From contig JAOAEL010000002.1 of the NCBI GenBank assembly GCA_026416845.1, positions 47,422 to 111,421 on the forward strand: a DNA stretch of 64,000 nt. The letters are read 5' to 3'. How positions within the stretch are numbered: the first letter of the stretch is position 1; each line of letters starts with the position of its first letter. Shown piece by piece: positions 62,671-64,000 of the stretch. A program made the position numbers and the translations under genes. The notes beneath the pieces are model-generated. The model saw only the letters and a list, made by a program, of their open reading frames with translations. It had not been told where the DNA came from and did not search any database. The stretch is from Patescibacteria group bacterium (GTDB lineage: Bacteria; Patescibacteriota; Microgenomatia; UBA8517).

Positions 62671-63798
62671 ATGAAAATTTTAATAGACGCCAGGATGTAC
62701 GGTGTAGAACACACAGGCATAGGCCGTTATACTCAAAACTTAATCACAAATATACTTAAAGTGGACAACAAAAACAAATATTTAATATTGCTTAAAGAGC
62801 CATACTTTAATCAATTAAAATTACCCCAAAACGCTGAAAAAATATTTGCGCCGTATAATCATTACTCAATCGATGAACAATTAAAACTGCCATTTCTAAT
62901 TCAATCTCTAAAACCAGATTTTGTTCATTTTTTACACATAAATGTGCCAATTATTTACAACCAACCTTTTATCGCAACCATTCACGATCTCATCATTCTA
63001 AAACAGAACAAAGAAAAAGAACTTCTGCCTATACATAAATATGTGGCAAAAAAAGCTTTTTTTGCCTTTGTTGCAAGACACGCTATTAAACAAGCATCTT
63101 ATATTATCACCCCATCAAAACATGTGAAAGACACAATAATCAAAAAGTTTAACATCAAACCAGGCAAAATCTTTCCTATCTACGAAGGGATAGAAAAATG
63201 TAACAATAAAACTCTCAAACATCCAAATCACAAAACCTTGAAAAATTACTTCCTTTATGTAGGCAACGCATTCCCACATAAAAATTTAGACAAACTTCTA
63301 GAGGCTTTAAAAATTATTAATCAAAGTTTTCAAAAAAGTTTGAAATTGGTAATTGTCACAAAGAAAAATAAATTCTTAGATTCTTTGAAAAACCAAATTA
63401 ACAAACTGAAACTAGAAAAAAATATTCTAATCAAAAGCCAGATAAACGACTCCGAGCTTTATTTTTTGTACAAAAATTCAATTGCCTTTGTTTTTCCATC
63501 TCTCGATGAGGGATTTGGTTTGCCAGGGCTGGAAGCTATCAATGCGGGAACCATCTTATGCGCTTCCAAAATTCGGGTATTCAAGGAGATATATAAGGAT
63601 AATGCTTTCTATTTTGACCCATACAACGCACACGATATGGCAAACACAATGATTAAAGCCATAAAATTATCCTCAGAAAAAAGGCAAAGAATTACAAAAA
63701 AAAGCTTTAAATATTCTCAATCTTTTAATTGGATAAAAACTGCCAAAGAGACTTTGAATGTTTATAATAATCTCTATTCCCAATTAGGTCTTAAATAG
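62671..63798 (+). CDS. GT4-family glycosyltransferase (GT-B fold)
   Basis: EGFGLPGLEA motif of the retaining GT4 family. 375 aa. Confidence 0.8.
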   Translation: MKILIDARMYGVEHTGIGRYTQNLITNILKVDNKNKYLILLKEPYFNQLKLPQNAEKIFAPYNHYSIDEQLKLPFLIQSLKPDFVHFLHINVPIIYNQPFIATIHDLIILKQNKEKELLPIHKYVAKKAFFAFVARHAIKQASYIITPSKHVKDTIIKKFNIKPGKIFPIYEGIEKCNNKTLKHPNHKTLKNYFLYVGNAFPHKNLDKLLEALKIINQSFQKSLKLVIVTKKNKFLDSLKNQINKLKLEKNILIKSQINDSELYFLYKNSIAFVFPSLDEGFGLPGLEAINAGTILCASKIRVFKEIYKDNAFYFDPYNAHDMANTMIKAIKLSSEKRQRITKKSFKYSQSFNWIKTAKETLNVYNNLYSQLGLK

Positions 63799-63824
63799 TA
63801 AAATTTTAGTAATTTAATATATTT

Positions 63825-64000
63825 ATGCCAAAGTATAAAGAGTACGTCATGAAGATGATTAACGATCATAAAGAGATTTTTGAAGAATTCAAAGCAATTC
63901 ACGAAAAATATGCTCTTGACCCCGATGGATTGCAGGCTGAGTTTAATAAAAAAGGTGAAATCGTTAGAGACATAATACGAGAATACGAAAACAAACTATG
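63825..64000 (+). CDS. Hypothetical protein, 5' part (runs off window end)
   Basis: ATG at 63825 preceded by an AT-rich leader. An open frame continues to the window end. Confidence 0.3.
   Translation, partial: MPKYKEYVMKMINDHKEIFEEFKAIHEKYALDPDGLQAEFNKKGEIVRDIIREYENKL

Overview
This is a low-GC (roughly one-third GC), densely coded bacterial chromosomal segment. The standard genetic code applies: TAA, TAG and TGA all occur as stops (TGA checked at 15640). Gene content and style (a complete type IV pilus operon, very small housekeeping genes, a giant surface protein, little biosynthesis) fit a reduced-genome, possibly episymbiotic Patescibacteria/CPR-like bacterium, but I cannot confirm lineage from sequence alone.

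Main blocks:
- 1-6765 (- strand): type IV pilus operon in the order pilB-pilT-pilC-pilin-pilin-pilD, with each pilin gene carrying its own terminator, plus a partial pilin-like gene at the window edge.
- 6876-12915 (+): holB-like, gyrB, ppa, gyrA.
- 12916-15640: a decayed frameshifted gene, a XerC/D-type tyrosine recombinase and an unusual ~1 kb AT-rich noncoding stretch.
- 15640-23513: housekeeping genes (YebC, TPR protein, LCP-family protein, Kef-type antiporter, RluA, DksA-like, EF-P).
- 23607-26027: a two-gene accessory module (DUF262+HNH nuclease overlapping an EcoRI-methylase-like N6-adenine MTase by 4 bp) abutting the 3' end of tRNA-Leu(CAA).
- 26095-41968: dnaB, hisS, L31, an N-terminally truncated RF1-like factor, HtrA, S41 protease, the rpsF-ssb-rpsR operon, an XRE/HNH divergent pair, ychF and several hypotheticals.
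- 42262-46812: a 1516-aa multidomain surface protein (DUF2341, LamG lectin-like, PT linker, SASA/SGNH esterase-like, FN3-like, C-terminal TM anchor).
- 46979-50304: CrtI-like oxidoreductase, PyrD, histidine phosphatase.
- 50341-54128: overlapping genes for a chitin-synthase-like processive GT2 (QRRRW motif) and a GH18 chitinase-like protein with two CBM5/12 domains.
- 54284-63798: rel, FKBP, ZIP transporter, pyruvate kinase, and a Gfo/Idh/MocA + Ldh_2 + kinase + GT4 cluster.

No CRISPR array, rRNA or intact transposase was seen. All calls rest on motif recognition by eye; no database searches were run.
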